This document shows positions 25,598 to 38,746 of a stretch of DNA of 64,000 nt, piece after piece (within the stretch, counting starts at the first letter, position 1; every line of letters begins with the position of its first letter). Below the pieces are notes generated by a model. It was not told where the DNA came from. It saw nothing but the letters and a program-made list of their open reading frames with translations, and ran no database searches. Position numbers and translations under genes: made by a program. The stretch spans positions 4,278,001 through 4,342,000 of the forward strand of contig CDPCPM010000069.1 in the NCBI GenBank assembly GCA_976551045.1. The letters are read 5' to 3'. The DNA comes from Glaucostegus cemiculus (taxonomy: Eukaryota).

Positions 25598-26238
25598 CAT
25601 AGAACATAGAACAGTAGAGCACAGGAACAGGGCCTTCAGCTCAAGATGCTGTGCTGAATTAATTAAACTAGTAATTAAACATTTAACTAAACTAATCCCT
25701 TCTGTCTACACAAGGTCTATATTCCCCCATTCTCTGCAAATTCATGTGCTAAGAGCTTCTTAACCACCTCAGTTGTATTTGCCTCCACCACCGCCCCTGG
25801 AAGTGTATTCCTGGCAGCCACCACTCTGTGTAAAAAAAAAACTTCCCCCATACAGCTCCTTTGAACTTACCCCCTCTTACCCTAAATGTATGGCCTCTAG
25901 TATTAGACCCTGGGAAAACAATACCAGCTGTCTACCCCTCTCATAATTTTATAAACTTCTATCAGGTCTCCCCTCCCCTCAGCCTCTATCAGTCCAGAAA
26001 AAAAAAACCCCTAAGTTTGTCCAACCGCTCCATGTAGCACATGCCCTCTAATCCAGGCAGCATCCTGCTAAACCTCTTCTGCACCCTCTCCAAAGCCTTC
26101 ACATCCTTCCTATAATGGGGTGACCAGAATTGAATGCAATACTCCAGACACACCCTAACTAGAGTTTTATAAAACTGCAACATAACTTCCTGACTCTTTG
26201 AACTCAATGCCTTGACTAATAAAGGCAACTATGCCACT
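25598..26238 (-). mobile_element. CR1 LINE 3' end
   Basis: ORF 25989..26228 (LEYCIQFWSPHYRKDVKALERVQKRF); (catagaa)n tail. Confidence 0.92.
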
Positions 26239-29200
26239 GGTGAATACAATGATATTGTATTTAATCTATTTAATTAACAATGCATGAAGCAAAATGCAAC
26301 ATTCTGCATGTAATAAATCTTCAATTTTTATTCCCAAGAATATATTTAATTGAAATTCTTTGTTAGGTCACTGCCAAGCATTTCAATTATGCTCTGAAGC
26401 AGTAATCCACTTGGATGAGATCTGTCTTATATCCAGGAAGATCTCTAATTGCTATGAGGGGCTCAGGGATATGATTACCTATGTGCAGACACCAGATTTT
26501 AATCGGATACATGAATAACAAATGTTCTTTCCAAAAGGGCATTTGGAAAGAGAACCTGCAATTGTGCTGTGGAGAATGCGTCTGGCCACGTCATCACATA
26601 AACTCCAATTTATTTGAACTGCTTTGTAGCACCTATCCCTCACAGAGCAGTTTGAACATTTTGACCAGTGCAGTGGTCTGCAATTAATGTCTTCCAGGTC
26701 CTACAGAAATAAAAGGTACTGTATCTCTTGGTAAAATAATAGTCATAAGGCAGAATGCCTTCTCACTAGATATTCAAGCAAGCACTGGTGCATAGTTGGC
26801 TGGTGATGTGGAGGGTTTAGATTTTAGATCTTAGATTTTTCAGACACATCTGGTGTCTCAGCTTTTTGGTAGTACTGGGGATTTGTAAGCATAAACTATA
26901 CATTTAATAGCAGTGAAGATTCTTCCTGAACTTGTGTATTTGTCAATAATTACTGCTGTTATTGGAAGTGTTTTCTCCAGAACTTAGGGATATTTCTTAG
27001 TCGTTATTGGTGTTATCAATATGAGGTTTTCTCAGATGCTGGAGTTTATGATTTTTATGACTTGATGATGGATTTTATCTCATATACACTTACTTCTGAC
27101 TGGAGGTGAGGGTGAGTGCTATTCAGGGGAGCTGAAGTTTTCTTTTAGGATAAACTAACATATTGGGATGAATGTAGTAACAATTGCACTGCAGATAATG
27201 AAGAAAAATGCAGTGATGTGCAGCTAGGGTGGGCAATGCTACATTATGAAAATAAAAACTTTTAAATAGTATGATTATTTAATAGTTTATATCTTTAATA
27301 CATATTTTACATAATGCAACCAACTTTTGGTGGAAACAACCAAAATTATTTAAATGTGTTTTTATAGTGTTAAAGCCATAAAAAAGCAGTGAGATGCCGT
27401 GCCTTTTCCTACCCTTGGAGATGAATTTATTTCTGATGCACATTCCTTTCTTATTGTCTCAGGAATGGGTGAAATCAGCAAAGGCTGCTGATGTCCTTCC
27501 TTGAATTACAATGAGATCATATCATATGCATGTACTTAAGTGGCATTTGATGAAAATGCCACCTCCACATGAAACATGAAAAAGCAGAATATGCTGCTGT
27601 TTCTTGGGAATGTGACTACAAACCACACGTAAACTGAATGAAAGGACTGGCCTGTGGGTTTTACAGATAACTTTAAATGTTATAGCCTTCTTCCATTCCA
27701 CCAGCATAACACTTTAAATAGTTTCTCTCTGTATTCTTTTTAATTGAGGACAATGAGGTGAATCCACTGGATTCTCAGCTCCTGGTTGATGGGACCCACT
27801 AAATCATCAGCTGTGGGGAAATTCCTCCTAAATAAGGAGGAGCTGAGGATCTACCAGATCCCCTACTGCATTCAACTTCATATTGAGGATCTAAGGGTTC
27901 AGCAGATCCCACACCAAAGCCTGGAAGGGCCTCCTGGTTGATGAAGACATTTCTGGAGCCTGTTGGATCTTTAGCTCCTCGTGGTTGATGGAGACCTTTC
28001 AGTTGTGTGTACGGACGTAGCACAAAAACCTAGTATATCGGTACCAGTCATCTTATCCACTGGCTGCCAGAACAGAAGGGCCAGAGTCACGCCTGATCTT
28101 TGTGGGGCTAGTTATTTGATGTCTTGGACTGGAGAGGTGGTTGGTGGGGGGGAGGGGGGTGGGGTGGGGGGTGTGGAAGATGCCTCTCCCCTGAGGGTTA
28201 ACCAGCTATGGCTGCAGCACACATAGATCCCAGAGGATGTTGATTAGGAAAGGGGCAGGGAAGAAGCAATTGTGTTGTTGAGTGTTAGTTTAGCTTGGTC
28301 GTTTGGTCAGAGGTAATGAAGGTGCAAGATTGTAAGTAGTAGTAAAACATTGAATGTGTAAGTGACGTAGTGTTTGTAAATATTAATTTTAACATCAAAT
28401 TAATTTGCAATACTGTTCAAATTGATACTGGAAAAATGTATTTTGCAATTGCAGTTTGGCTGACTTCATTTCAGTTTTGGTGTTTATTTCAGGGCTATTG
28501 CCATCGACCACAGGGACCCAATTCATTATAAAGATATTTTCACACTGGGAGAACAACTTACTTCATTCTCTCTCTTAGTACCAGCTGCATTTGTCCATTT
28601 TCCATATCCTGTAATACTCAATTTATTTCCCAAAACATAGCAACTTATGAACAGTTTATGTTGTTCATTATACCCATAGGTTTAATGTAGAAACTCGACA
28701 AAAGCACAATTTTAAACCATGGACTTAATTTAAGCCTTAATTTGAAAGAATTAAAAAAGAAGCACCAATCACAAGCTTAAAAAAAGTTTGTAATTCTATG
28801 GCTTCTTTATCTGTGTATACAATTTAGCACAGCAAAGGCAACTAGGTAAGAACACAAACAAAAATGCCAAAGAAATGAGAAAGCCGAGAGAAAAAGCATT
28901 TGGTCCAACACTTACCCTCTGCAACCACCTTCTTAATCAATTTGAAACAATTTATTACTCATTGAAACAATACATTAACAACTATATTGCAGCATTTGCT
29001 GTTTTAAAGACAGGTGTAAATATCAGTATAGTGGTTATTGTTGTTTTGCATTTGGGATAAGGAATCCTGACATGGCGAAGTTGCTTTACACCTCTACAGA
29101 GAATATTTTTGCAGATTTTTAAGAGTAACCCACATACAATAAGTGGTTTGACATATACTTCAACTTTCAGCACACTATTCTTGTAAAAAAAAGATATTGA

Positions 29201-31619
29201 ATCTGGTTTGATCATGAATAACTGAGTTTTTAGTGCAAATTTAAATTATAAACTGCTTACTAATTCTTGCAAAATATCTTTAAAAATGTCATCTCTACCT
29301 GAGTAACTTTAAAATTACATGATCACTTATCTTTTTAATTTGTTACTTCAGCTTTGTCATAATCTGGATTTCACTTCCCGTACAATGAATTACATTCCTT
29401 TTTTACTTCTCACTTTACTAAAATGAATGAGTTTTTCAACGTGTTTAGCTGACAAGCCTGCTTTTGCCTGCACTCTAAAAATCATGCTTCATTGAAGGTA
29501 ACATTGAGGAAACCATAGTAAAGAGCCTGCTAAATCTTTGAGAAACATTTTAGATGTTAATGTCTAACCCCATTCCCTTCACCACTGGCCACAAAATCTT
29601 TGTTAATTTAACACAGAAAACTAACATTTCAGTGTCTAGTGTCACCAGACATTCTTTCTGATTCTTAGTTTACTAATGATTGCATATCCCTAATATTTCA
29701 GTTCTTTGATGAATTGTCGATTACTTTCCCAATTAGAAAAAAGTGCTGTGCCAGTATCAATTCCTGAAATCTGATATTTATTCTGAGCCGCTCAAAAGGC
29801 ATGTTTTAAAACTTGTGGAATATTTAATTTTAATTTAATCTTTGTGGAATATTTAATTTAATGGACAAGAACAAATGTAGCAAATAACTTTCAAGACCAA
29901 TTTATAACTCATTAACACCTGATTCAGTTATTATCGTCAATATCAATTGCTTTCTATATAGAGAGTTTGGCATTCATTTATTCATTGGAAGTTTTAAATC
30001 ATGAGTTTGAACAATACTCTCAAAGCCAATATTTAACGATAATAATAATAATTGCTTGAGAAGGTAGCAATGACCCTTCTTCTTGAACCACTGCAGTTGC
30101 TGCTGTGAATGTATTCCTAGTCATGTTGGGTAAAAATCGGCAGGAGTGATGTATTTATGTACGATAATGGAAGGGAGCTTTTAGGTGGTAACATTCCGAT
30201 GCCACCGCTGCCTTCGTTTTCTCAGGTGTAGAGTTTGCAGGACTGGAGGTGGAAAATGCCTTTTTGAAACATATTTCCTAAGAAGGACAAAAACATATTT
30301 GACCAGATCTGCCAAACACAAGTTTCCAGCGTTTCAAATTTAAGACACGGTGCATGATTTATGAGCTTAGTGGTCTAAGGGTACTGGCATCAGTTAAAAC
30401 AGAAAATGGTCACTGATCACATGGACCTCAGAGGAATCCTCGTTGGACAGATGCAAGATAGAAATGAGCAGTTTAGAGATATTATAAACCTGGCATAGCC
30501 AGTGGCTTTATACAATGTACGTTTCAGCTATTTCCAAAGGTAATTCTGGGAGGCAGAGAGGAAAAAAACACTTGGATTTGGACCATTGTAAATTCCATAC
30601 AGAATAACAGTTGAAGGCAAGAGGCCTGTACAAGCAATAAGCAATAACATCAGTGTATTTCTGAGGCATGAAAATTGTCATAAAGTGGGAGATTGCAAAC
30701 CAGGGTTACCATCTAGGTCAGAGTTATCTTACTTTAAAGCAGACATGAACAAACGCATCAACTTGAAGTAGACTAACTCAGGCACTTGAGGTGATAGCCC
30801 TGTATACTGCTAGCTCTTAATGCTATTGACTGCACTGATGACTTCCCCTTTCTCAGCATCTCTTATCTGTCATACCAAGGTAGAAAGTGCTGCAAACTTT
30901 TTGTGGCAAATGTCACCACCAATTCATACAACTTCTAATCTAATTAAAATGCAGATTAATACAAGTGATTGATTTCACACAAGTGGCTGTTTCTAATGCA
31001 GTCAGAGCTGATGTAACAGTGACAGCAATGCCTCAGTCAGGGAGAGTTCTGTGGGAACAGTCCATGTAATGTTCTAGGGTTAAATGCCTCAGTTACAATC
31101 AGACCCTGTGTAATGAAATTTTACTGCCAATTGCATTCCATCATTTAAAGCTGTCACAGCTAAACTCAGCATGAGCCAAAATATTTAACTATTCATTAAA
31201 CATCAATATCTCACACAACTAAAAATCATTCATAATAGCTTATGGATATGTAAATAGCATAAATTTTAATTATTCCCTTAACACTATAACCATCAAATCT
31301 CACATGTAAATTAGACATTTTTAGCTGCTTTATGTACTAGAAAGAGCCAGCTTATTAAAGACAGTAAACATCCTTATGGCTTTCTATTCAGGTAATTATA
31401 CTGTTTCTAAAAATTGGCCATTAGTTATTCATAGTAAAGCTGATTTGCATACTATGTGGGCAATCATTTGCAGATCTGCAAATAATGAACTAAATTGCAT
31501 TCCACATTCAACTTCCATTCAAACATCTATTATCCACTTTTTCTTTTAGTATTATCACAACTAGTACAGTCATGTTTTATTTAATATTTCTCACCAGTTA
31601 AAGATTTACCTAGTCTACA

Positions 31620-32330
31620 TATTTATCTGTGGCAATGCAGGTAGATGCTGTGGTAAATTTGGCAAATGGCATGCTTGTCTTCATAGGTCAGGACATAGAA
31701 TATAAAACTTGAGACTGTGTTGCAACTTTATGAAACACTGGTTAGCCCTCATGGAGAGTTGTGTGTGCAATTCTGGTCATCACACTAAAGGATGTGGTTG
31801 AACTGTAGAGTGCGCAGAGAAGATTCATCAGGGTGTTGTCTAGGTTAGAGGACCTTAGTTATAGGGAGAGATTGGACAGGCTGGGTTGATTTTTCCCTGG
31901 AATGAAGGAGGCTAGGGCGTGACCAGATAGAGGTATGTAAGATTATAAGAGGCATAGGAAGGGTAGATAGTCTTAAAGGGTCAGTGCCCTTAAATCTTAG
32001 GAGTATGTAGGTACAGAATCTTTTTCCCCATAGTAGGGGCATCAAAGACAAGAGGGCATATGTTTAAAGTAAGAGGAAGTTTTAAAGGGAATTTGAGGGG
32101 AAGTTTTTTTATATATATATACTGAGCGTGGTTAACATCTGGAACTCACTGCCAGAGGAGGTGGTGGAGTCCTATGTTTAAGAGACATTTAGACAGGCAC
32201 TTAAATAGGCAAGACATAAAAAGATATGGAGCAAGCATGGGTAAATAGGAATAGTGAAGATGGACAAACATGTCAGCATAGGTGTGGAGGGCTGATGGGC
32301 TCATTTTTATGCTGTACAACTTTATGACTG
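31620..32330 (+). mobile_element. CR1 LINE 3' end
   Basis: gcaaatggcatgcttgtcttcatagg...gtgcaattctggtcatcacacta; 3' UTR ending gctgtacaactttatgact. Confidence 0.88.
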
Positions 32331-32332
32331 GG

Positions 32333-32748
32333 GAACAAGAAACTGCAGATGCTAGAATATGGAGCAACAAACAATCTGCTAGAGGAACTGAGCAGGCTGA
32401 GAGGCATGCGTTGGGGGTTGTTGCAGAAAGAAGCAAGGCCGTTAAGACCTTCCTGATGGGGGATAGAAGTGTTAAAAAAAATTAGACATCCACAGTGAAG
32501 ATGAGATGATGTGGGCTAGAGAATCAGAAGTTGTCAAAATGGTGGAAGGCATTCAAGGTGGCCTGGATGTAGGTTGGGAAGGAACTGGACACAGGGAGAC
32601 ATGAGTCAAGGTATAGTTCAGTAGGGCAAGAGAAGGCAGAAACAATGGGCCTATCAGGACAGTCCTGTTTGTGGATCTTGGGTAACTGATATAAGCATAA
32701 AGCAGATAGACCCTCCAGATTCTGCTCGACCTACTGAGTTCCTCTAAC
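32333..32748 (-). mobile_element. Penelope-like element: terminal arms enclosing an RT fragment (32482-32682)
   Basis: Minus translation PKIHKQDCPDRPIVSAFSCPTEL...PTYIQAT...LIFTVDV matches Penelope RT motifs (LPKIHK..PGRPIVS, PTYIRDT, TMDV); inverted terminal arms at both ends. Confidence 0.88.
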
Positions 32749-33539
32749 TGTATGATTCTTTGGCAAAGACTATATTTTCATCTTGACATCCAGAGTCATC
32801 AATTAGCCTGACAAACTTGAGGGCATATTGTAGTACGAGTCGAATCAAGATAGTAGTAGAATCCTGAGAGTCTTGGTGGATAGTGTGTAATAGATAGAAA
32901 ACTTTTAGTGGAGGGCAGAGTGTATGCACAACACTAAATAAATTACTAGCTTGTTTTCCATTAAGGTACAGATTCAGTTGCACAAGCTTAAGACAACTCA
33001 TTGAAATCAGTTAATTTGTATCCAGAATTCAAGGGACAGAAGAAAGACAGCATTTGGTTACATTTCCAAAAGCCTTAAGCCAAAGAACATAGTGATACCC
33101 CATTTAGGGAAGAACACAAGAAATGGCTAATGAGGAAATTGTTGATAGTGTACGGGATGAACTAATCAAGCATTTAAAGAAACAGAAGTCAATCAGAACT
33201 TGTGCAAGATTAATCCAATGTAAATGTTCCAAGGATGTCTTTTTTTTTAATGGCAGTTGTAGTTTATTTGGTTGCTTAAAGAATCTGATAAGGTGCAAAG
33301 GAGGCTGATGGCAAAGGAAATCTGGATATAAATGTTTAGCAAATGAAATAAAATTCTAAGAATGAACAAAATTTATCAGGCCGGGGAAAGTTGAAACAAT
33401 GACTCATGAGGATTCAGTTGTGACTAATTATTTTATTTATACATTAATAATTAGGATATTAATGATTAAAGTTCTCATCTAAAGACAATTAATAAAATTT
33501 AGTTAAACCACAAAATCAAGAGGATATGAACACTGGCCA

Positions 33540-34010
33540 AGTTTTTTTTTAATTTAAAAGCTAAAAGGAAACAGGATATCTGTATGGGGATATAAAAGCA
33601 GATGTTTTTAGATTTCATAAAAAAAGTAATAAATGTAGATTTAAATATGTTTGAAATAGAAGAATCTTAAGTGGAGAGAGTATTTGCTTTACAAATACAG
33701 GCAATGGTTAGAAAAAAAGAGAAGTTTACATTTTATGGTATTAAAGGACAAGATAAAAAGGGATCAAAGCAAAGTTGAATATGCAATTTAATTAAAGCAT
33801 GTTTATGTTATAATGTTATGACATTACACCATTAAATTCAAGGATATGAAGACTTTAAAAGTTATCAAGGATGTCATTTATGAAAACATGAGAAATTGGG
33901 GCTTACTTCACGGCAACTAAAAACTTATAAGAGTAGCCTGCAGGAGTCTTTAAGACTATGAAAGCTTAGGCGGAAAAAAATCAATTGAGTGGAATTCATT
34001 AAGAAAAATA
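33540..34010 (+). mobile_element. Very old CR1 relic
   Basis: Weak colinear similarity to the CR1 RT C-terminus. Confidence 0.4.
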
Positions 34011-34221
34011 TATAGGTGGGAAAGTCCTTTTCATGATGGCAAAGCTGCTCTTGTCCCCTTCGTTCTTCACATACATCTTGATAACTAAGTTGTGTGTGAA
34101 TTCAAGGCTACTTTAGTCGTAAAAGCTGTAGCACATTCAGCTCAAAAAAGTTCTGCAAGCTGAATGATTCATTCTAAGAGATATTGTAAGTTTAGTCAAA
34201 AATAAGAGTATGTAAGGAGGA

Positions 34222-34420
34222 AGACACACAAAATGCTGGAGGAACTCACAGGTCGGGCAGCATCTAAGGAGGAAAATAAACAGTGGATGTTTCAGGTCAA
34301 AATCCTTCATCAGGACTGGAAAGGAAGAGGCAGAAGCCAGAATAAGAAGGTCAGGGGAGGAGCACAGGCTGGCAGGTGATAGGTGAGGGGGAAGGGGGAT
34401 GAGTAAGGTGTAGGAAGCTA
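34222..34420 (-). mobile_element. Penelope-like element 3' terminus
   Basis: Family terminus followed by the purine-rich (plus strand) 3' UTR segment. Confidence 0.85.
34281..34318 (-). ncRNA. Minimal type-I hammerhead ribozyme motif (partly decayed)
   Basis: Minus strand cagtc-CTGATGA-aggattttgacct-GAAAC-ATC-cactg: conserved core boxes, stem II agg/cct, stem I cagt/actg. Confidence 0.6.
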
Positions 34421-34429
34421 AAAATCAGA

Positions 34430-35078
34430 CTCTTGAGTATAATGGAAGCAGGAAAGAACTTAAAACAAAGAATTAGAACTAAAAGGGGCTATGGAATGTC
34501 CTTGGCAAGTAGGATAACGGAGAATCTTTGGGGATTTTATATGTACATTAGAAACAAAGAGGTATGATAGCTAGGAAAAGGGTAGGTCCACTCAAAGACA
34601 AAGGAGGGAAATTATGGAGCCTGGGGAAGTGTGGTCCTAACTGACTACTTAGGACTGGTATTGACCAAGGAGGACATGGATGACGCCGAGATCATGGAGG
34701 GGCATGTTGTTATCAAGGAGGAAGAGGTGGCATCGACTGTCTTGAAAAACATTAAGATGGATGTTGCAAGGACCTGATGGAATCTATCCTTGGATACAGA
34801 GGGAGGCAAAGAAGGGAATTGCTGGAGACTGCCTTGTTAGAGATCTTTGTATCCTCTTTAACCACAGGTGAAGTACCAGAAAAATAGCCAGATAGGGAAA
34901 TTATTGGAGAAGATTTGTAAGGACTGTAATTTACTTGCATTTGGAAAAGCATGGACTTATTCATGTTGGTCAGCATGGCTTTGTACGGGGAAAGGTCCTG
35001 TCTCACTAATTTGACCGAGCTTTGTTATGAAGTGGTGACAAGGATGATTGATGGGGGTAGGACAGTGGATGTTGTCCA
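34430..35078 (+). mobile_element. CR1 LINE internal fragment
   Basis: ggacctgatggaatctatcct (GPDGIYP), cagcatggctttgtacggggaaagg (QHGFVRG). Confidence 0.85.
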
Positions 35079-35079
35079 C

Positions 35080-38000
35080 AAAGCAGTATTTACACAACTG
35101 GGATACTGTAAACCCTTTTTATACTAATGATATTCAGCACAGAGTGGGGAAAAGAGAGGATATCCTTCATGCATAATTACAAATCAATGAACAAAATATG
35201 AAGACAAGTAATGTTTAACTCTGTTGGCACTGTCATCAGAAAGCACAAATTTATTTTGCTTTTAGTAATGCACCTTCGAAAGTCTACCTTGGAGGGGCTA
35301 TCTACACATTTCCAGGTAACTCCATGAATTATCGGTGTATTTGTAATAAATCTCAAACTTGGGCATTTTGACTGTTTCTCTGTTTAGGAATAAAATGTGG
35401 CAACTTCAACTACATTAAAATTAATGAAAAGATTTTGTGACTAAAGGCAATTGTCTCCTCAATTTTTGAACTTTATTAGCAGTAAACAGATGTTTTCAGA
35501 TTTCTCTGGGATGAAATATTCCATTAATAGCACTGAATAATGCATTATTGCAGTGGTCATAGAAGCAGTATTTATCAAGTTATATGTCCCCAAATTCCAC
35601 TGAATAACAAGATATGCTTAACTCAATGTTTTACTGTTTTTCACCCATGGCTGTCCATTATCCAAAAAGTACGATTTGTATATATTCCATGAACTCCAAA
35701 GACTGTGCATAATGTTCATAATCAAAATACTGAAAAAATATTCCTTCCTTCGATATGTATTAATGCAAGACAAATAACATTCCTGTTTCAAGTGGAATAT
35801 TGTACTTATTTCATCAAAAATTATTTATAAAATAAACTACATAGGTATTAAGACAAACTGGTGAAGGAACTGAGCAGGTCAGGCAGCATTTGTAGAGGCA
35901 TAAGGGTGGTTGATATTTCTGGTCGAGACCCTGCATCAGACCCAGTCCTAATGCAGGGTCTGGACCCAAAATGTTGACCACAGATGCTGCCTGAATTGCC
36001 AAGTTCATCCAGTAGTTTGTTTTTTTGCTTTAGATTACAGCATTTATAATCTCTTGTATCTACATTGTCATTAGATACTCAGAAGGGAAGACAGTGTGCC
36101 TACAAAACTTGCATAGCTTTTGCTCTGCTTATTCATATTCAGTGGCTGTGAAACAGCAGTACACTCAGGATGGGGAAGAATTTGTTTTTAAAAACTAAGC
36201 AGCATCCATGCTCATGCAATATAGCATTGTAAAGTGATTATCTTAGAAATTTCATTATTGGATTCTATAGTATAGGGACAACAAAAAGTAAACATGCAAT
36301 CACTTTTCAATAACTTACATATCCCACTGATCATAAATAAAGTCTGTTTCAAACTCTTATTACAGTACAAAATATTACACCCATTGTTCAGCAATCTGCT
36401 AACAAATAATCAGAAGGGTTGAAAAAAAGCTTCTCAAACCCTAATGTACATAACAACTCATAACCAAAACAATCTCCACATTAAAACTTCTGTCAAATCA
36501 CAAATTGTTTGTCAAATATATAAAACCAAACTTTAGAGTCCCTTCAAAAGACTAGTTTAGAGTCTTTCACTAAAGAAAAATAAACTCCAATTTATGCAGC
36601 AGCTCAACTACAAGTATGGAAAAAATATAAATTTCACAAGCCAAATGATGTTTGTGTAATCATTCTTTCCAATGCTCTGGGCTGATGGTTCAGTTTTGTC
36701 TTAAGGTTACAAAAGCACAATAAATATAACATATCTATACACAATTTCTGAAGCTTCAGGGATTGATGAGTTGTATGAAGAACATATATGAAAACACAAG
36801 CAAAAATTGTATTTCAGTTAATACTTTTATTTAGTGTGATACCTTTCATCTGTTCTACTGAACATTTTAATAGCTCAAAGCAAACTCGAAAATTTAGAGT
36901 TCCTCTTCAGTCTATTAAAAACCACCAAGACATTCTGATTGACATTTGTTCTTTCATTACAGAAATAAGAAAAAGTTGACAGTACAATTAGGCACACTGT
37001 TGACACTGTACAATGAAATGCACAAATTCATTAACAGCTATTTACCATGTGCTCTTAGGTTCCCCCTGTAGTTTACAAGCTGTGCTCGGATGAGGAAATT
37101 TCATCCGTGACAAGTGAGTCTTACAAGGAGTGACAACCAAGACTTTTAAAACAAGTCCTTAAATAAACTTATGCATCAACAACAGAATGCAAGTTGTTGG
37201 GTTAAGAAGACTGCTAAACATATGAATCAAAACATTAAAATTTTTCATTATATGATTTATTTAAATGCACATATGCTAAAGAAAATATTGCACAAAATTA
37301 AAATCTCAGTATAAAGTATGTGGGTGGGTCTACTTAAATTAGTTTTTATGAAGAAATCTGTCAGAATTAAGTTTTGGTAATATGCATAATGCATTTTACA
37401 GATCATACCTTCCTGACAATTGCATAAATGGGCACTTTATTTCTGTGGCACGAGTGAAAACCAGCATTCAGAAAAGTTCTGGTCAGATTAAAATGAGAAA
37501 ACTAATTTTTTTTAAACAGGACATTTAAGGCTAATCTCAATTACATTTGTTAGTGGCAACATTATTCTGATCAATCCTAATCAGAGCACTCACTTGTTAC
37601 CTTGGACATTCCGACTTTGAAGTACATTAAAATCTCTGTACATTAAAATCTACAATCATGTCTGGAGGCTTTACAGTTGTATGAAAATACACGGCTCAGT
37701 AATTTCTTGAATAATGGATCTAGCACAGACATGTATGCAAAAAATTCTCTATTCAGCTGTTTGGGGAGTGCAGGTAATGGGATGGAAGATAATCCAAAGT
37801 TGTGGATCTCTCAGTCCAGTGAGCAAGTTTCCATTTAACTCAAAATCCCAAAGTACCATTCCTGCCAATAGGAATGTTTATTTCTGGTCTTTAGGCTCTT
37901 TCACATTTATACTCCCTTAATGTTATTTTTAAAACCAATTTCAATTAACCATCACATTCTCTGAATCATTTAGTTTTGTTCTGAGTTGCGCAGAATTCAT

Positions 38001-38498
38001 CATCTCCAAACTGGACACACATCAGTTTTATTCCAATGCAAAATCATTATAATTGTGCTTTGCTCTATCTTTAGGCAATATTGCTGCTACTCCCACTAAC
38101 TGTCCACAAGACAATTTAAAAGATGTATAATTGGTTTTGATGCCAACTAGATACAAGAAGACAGCTACAAGATGCAGCAGTTGAACCATGCATCTACAGC
38201 TCTTCTATTACAAATGAATACAGATTTTCTCGATGAGCTATGAACATGTAATAAATACAAACCACTTATGATACACAGGGGTATTATGAGCAAAAAAGTG
38301 CATTAGAAATCAAACACGGCAGACAATGATGTCTTCCGAAGTAAGCCACTGAGTCATGGCTCTGGAGGCTGGCACAAAGGTGGCATTGTAACTGGAACTT
38401 AACTTTGAGAGCCCCAGAGAAATTGCCATAACATAGACTGAACTAGAGAAGGTGCCTAAGATCCTGTCCTCAGAGCACAGTTTTCATGCTTGGCAGCG
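35080..38498 (-). other. SNX13: Probable long SNX13 3' UTR (distal end not resolved)
   Basis: AT-rich and nearly repeat-free for about 3.4 kb after the stop; several minus-strand AATAAA (e.g. 38027-38032, 37877-37882) so the used site cannot be chosen. Confidence 0.5.
35851..36060. mobile_element. Fold-back Penelope-like element with two opposed hammerhead-like cores, in the probable SNX13 3' UTR
   Basis: gaccctgcatcag / ctaatgcagggtc centre; imperfect inverted arms. Confidence 0.8.
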
Positions 38499-38746
38499 TC
38501 ACCTCTTTTGAGAGGAAGCAACTTGAGCTGACTGAGACTTCTGCTTGTATCTTTGCATCCGTTGCGATCGTGAATGCAATTTGATGAAAAGCTCACGAAA
38601 CTTATACTGTGGAAAAAGGGTTTCAAGGAAGCCCTCTAGAAACACATAAACCAATCTTCTGTTTAGCTGGTTATGTTGAAACATCTCAAAGACTCGTAAA
38701 ATGCCTTTGCGTGTGGTTTCAGCTCCAATAATATGTTTTAGCTCAT
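38499..38746 (-). CDS. SNX13: SNX13 terminal coding exon (DELKHIIGAETTRKGILRVFEMFQHNQLNRRLVYVFLEGFLETLFPQYKF...VASSQKR*)
   Basis: ttattccccag acceptor; includes ORF 38499..38684; TGA stop at 38501-38499. Confidence 0.97.

Noticed and set aside
29812-29861. Short direct duplications (ttgtggaatatttaattt x2; also gtacattaaaatct x2 at about 37622-37651)
   Set aside because: Two-unit slippage duplications with no spacer array and no cas genes; not CRISPR-like
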